This document shows, in pieces, positions 36,140 through 36,252 of a stretch of 36,252 nucleotides of DNA; within the stretch, counting starts at the first letter, position 1; every line of letters begins with the position of its first letter. The notes under the pieces are model-generated. The model saw only the letters and a list, made by a program, of their open reading frames with translations, had not been told where the DNA came from and searched no databases. The translations under genes and the position numbers were made by a program. The DNA comes from Chiloscyllium plagiosum. Lineage: Eukaryota. The stretch is taken from assembly GCF_004010195.1 (NCBI RefSeq), contig NW_025213825.1:1-36252 (forward strand), given 5' to 3'.

Positions 36140-36252
36140 TGTTTTCAGGGTGTGTGACACTGGCCAGGCCAGCAGTTTCATTGCTCTTGAGGAGGTGAGG
36201 GCAAATTGCCTTCTTGAACCATTGTTTTCCATTTGGTTTAGAGACACCCACA
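36140..36252 (-). mobile_element. 3' end of a LINE sharing its tail with the SINE at 27286
   Basis: Minus strand FKKAICPHLLKSN (RT C-terminus-like), then a tail similar to 27305-27340. Confidence 0.6.

Overview
Eukaryotic, repeat-rich genomic DNA, almost certainly from a shark or other elasmobranch (HE1-type SINEs, HER1/CR1 LINEs, SacSINE1-like element). The only host coding sequence I can support is two + strand internal exons of the DEAD-box helicase DDX54 (C-terminal DBP10CT region) at 4926-5039 and 8077-8178; neither appears in the ORF track. The second exon ends in a U12-type (minor spliceosome) donor, and I found no further DDX54 exon in the remaining ~28 kb. The rest is intron-like DNA filled with nested, decayed transposons: many CR1 LINEs (one near full length with an esterase ORF1), RTE, L2 and Tx1/L1 fragments, a tRNA-headed LINE with its deletion-derivative SINE, a Tc1/mariner-type MITE, and several Penelope-like elements carrying minimal hammerhead-ribozyme motifs. 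One of these is a 91-bp insert with an intact core and a 15-bp target duplication. Nearly all listed ORFs are transposon remnants, their antisense shadows, or spurious. I found no convincing wholly novel biological system. Family assignments come from recalled motifs, not database searches, and repeat boundaries are approximate.
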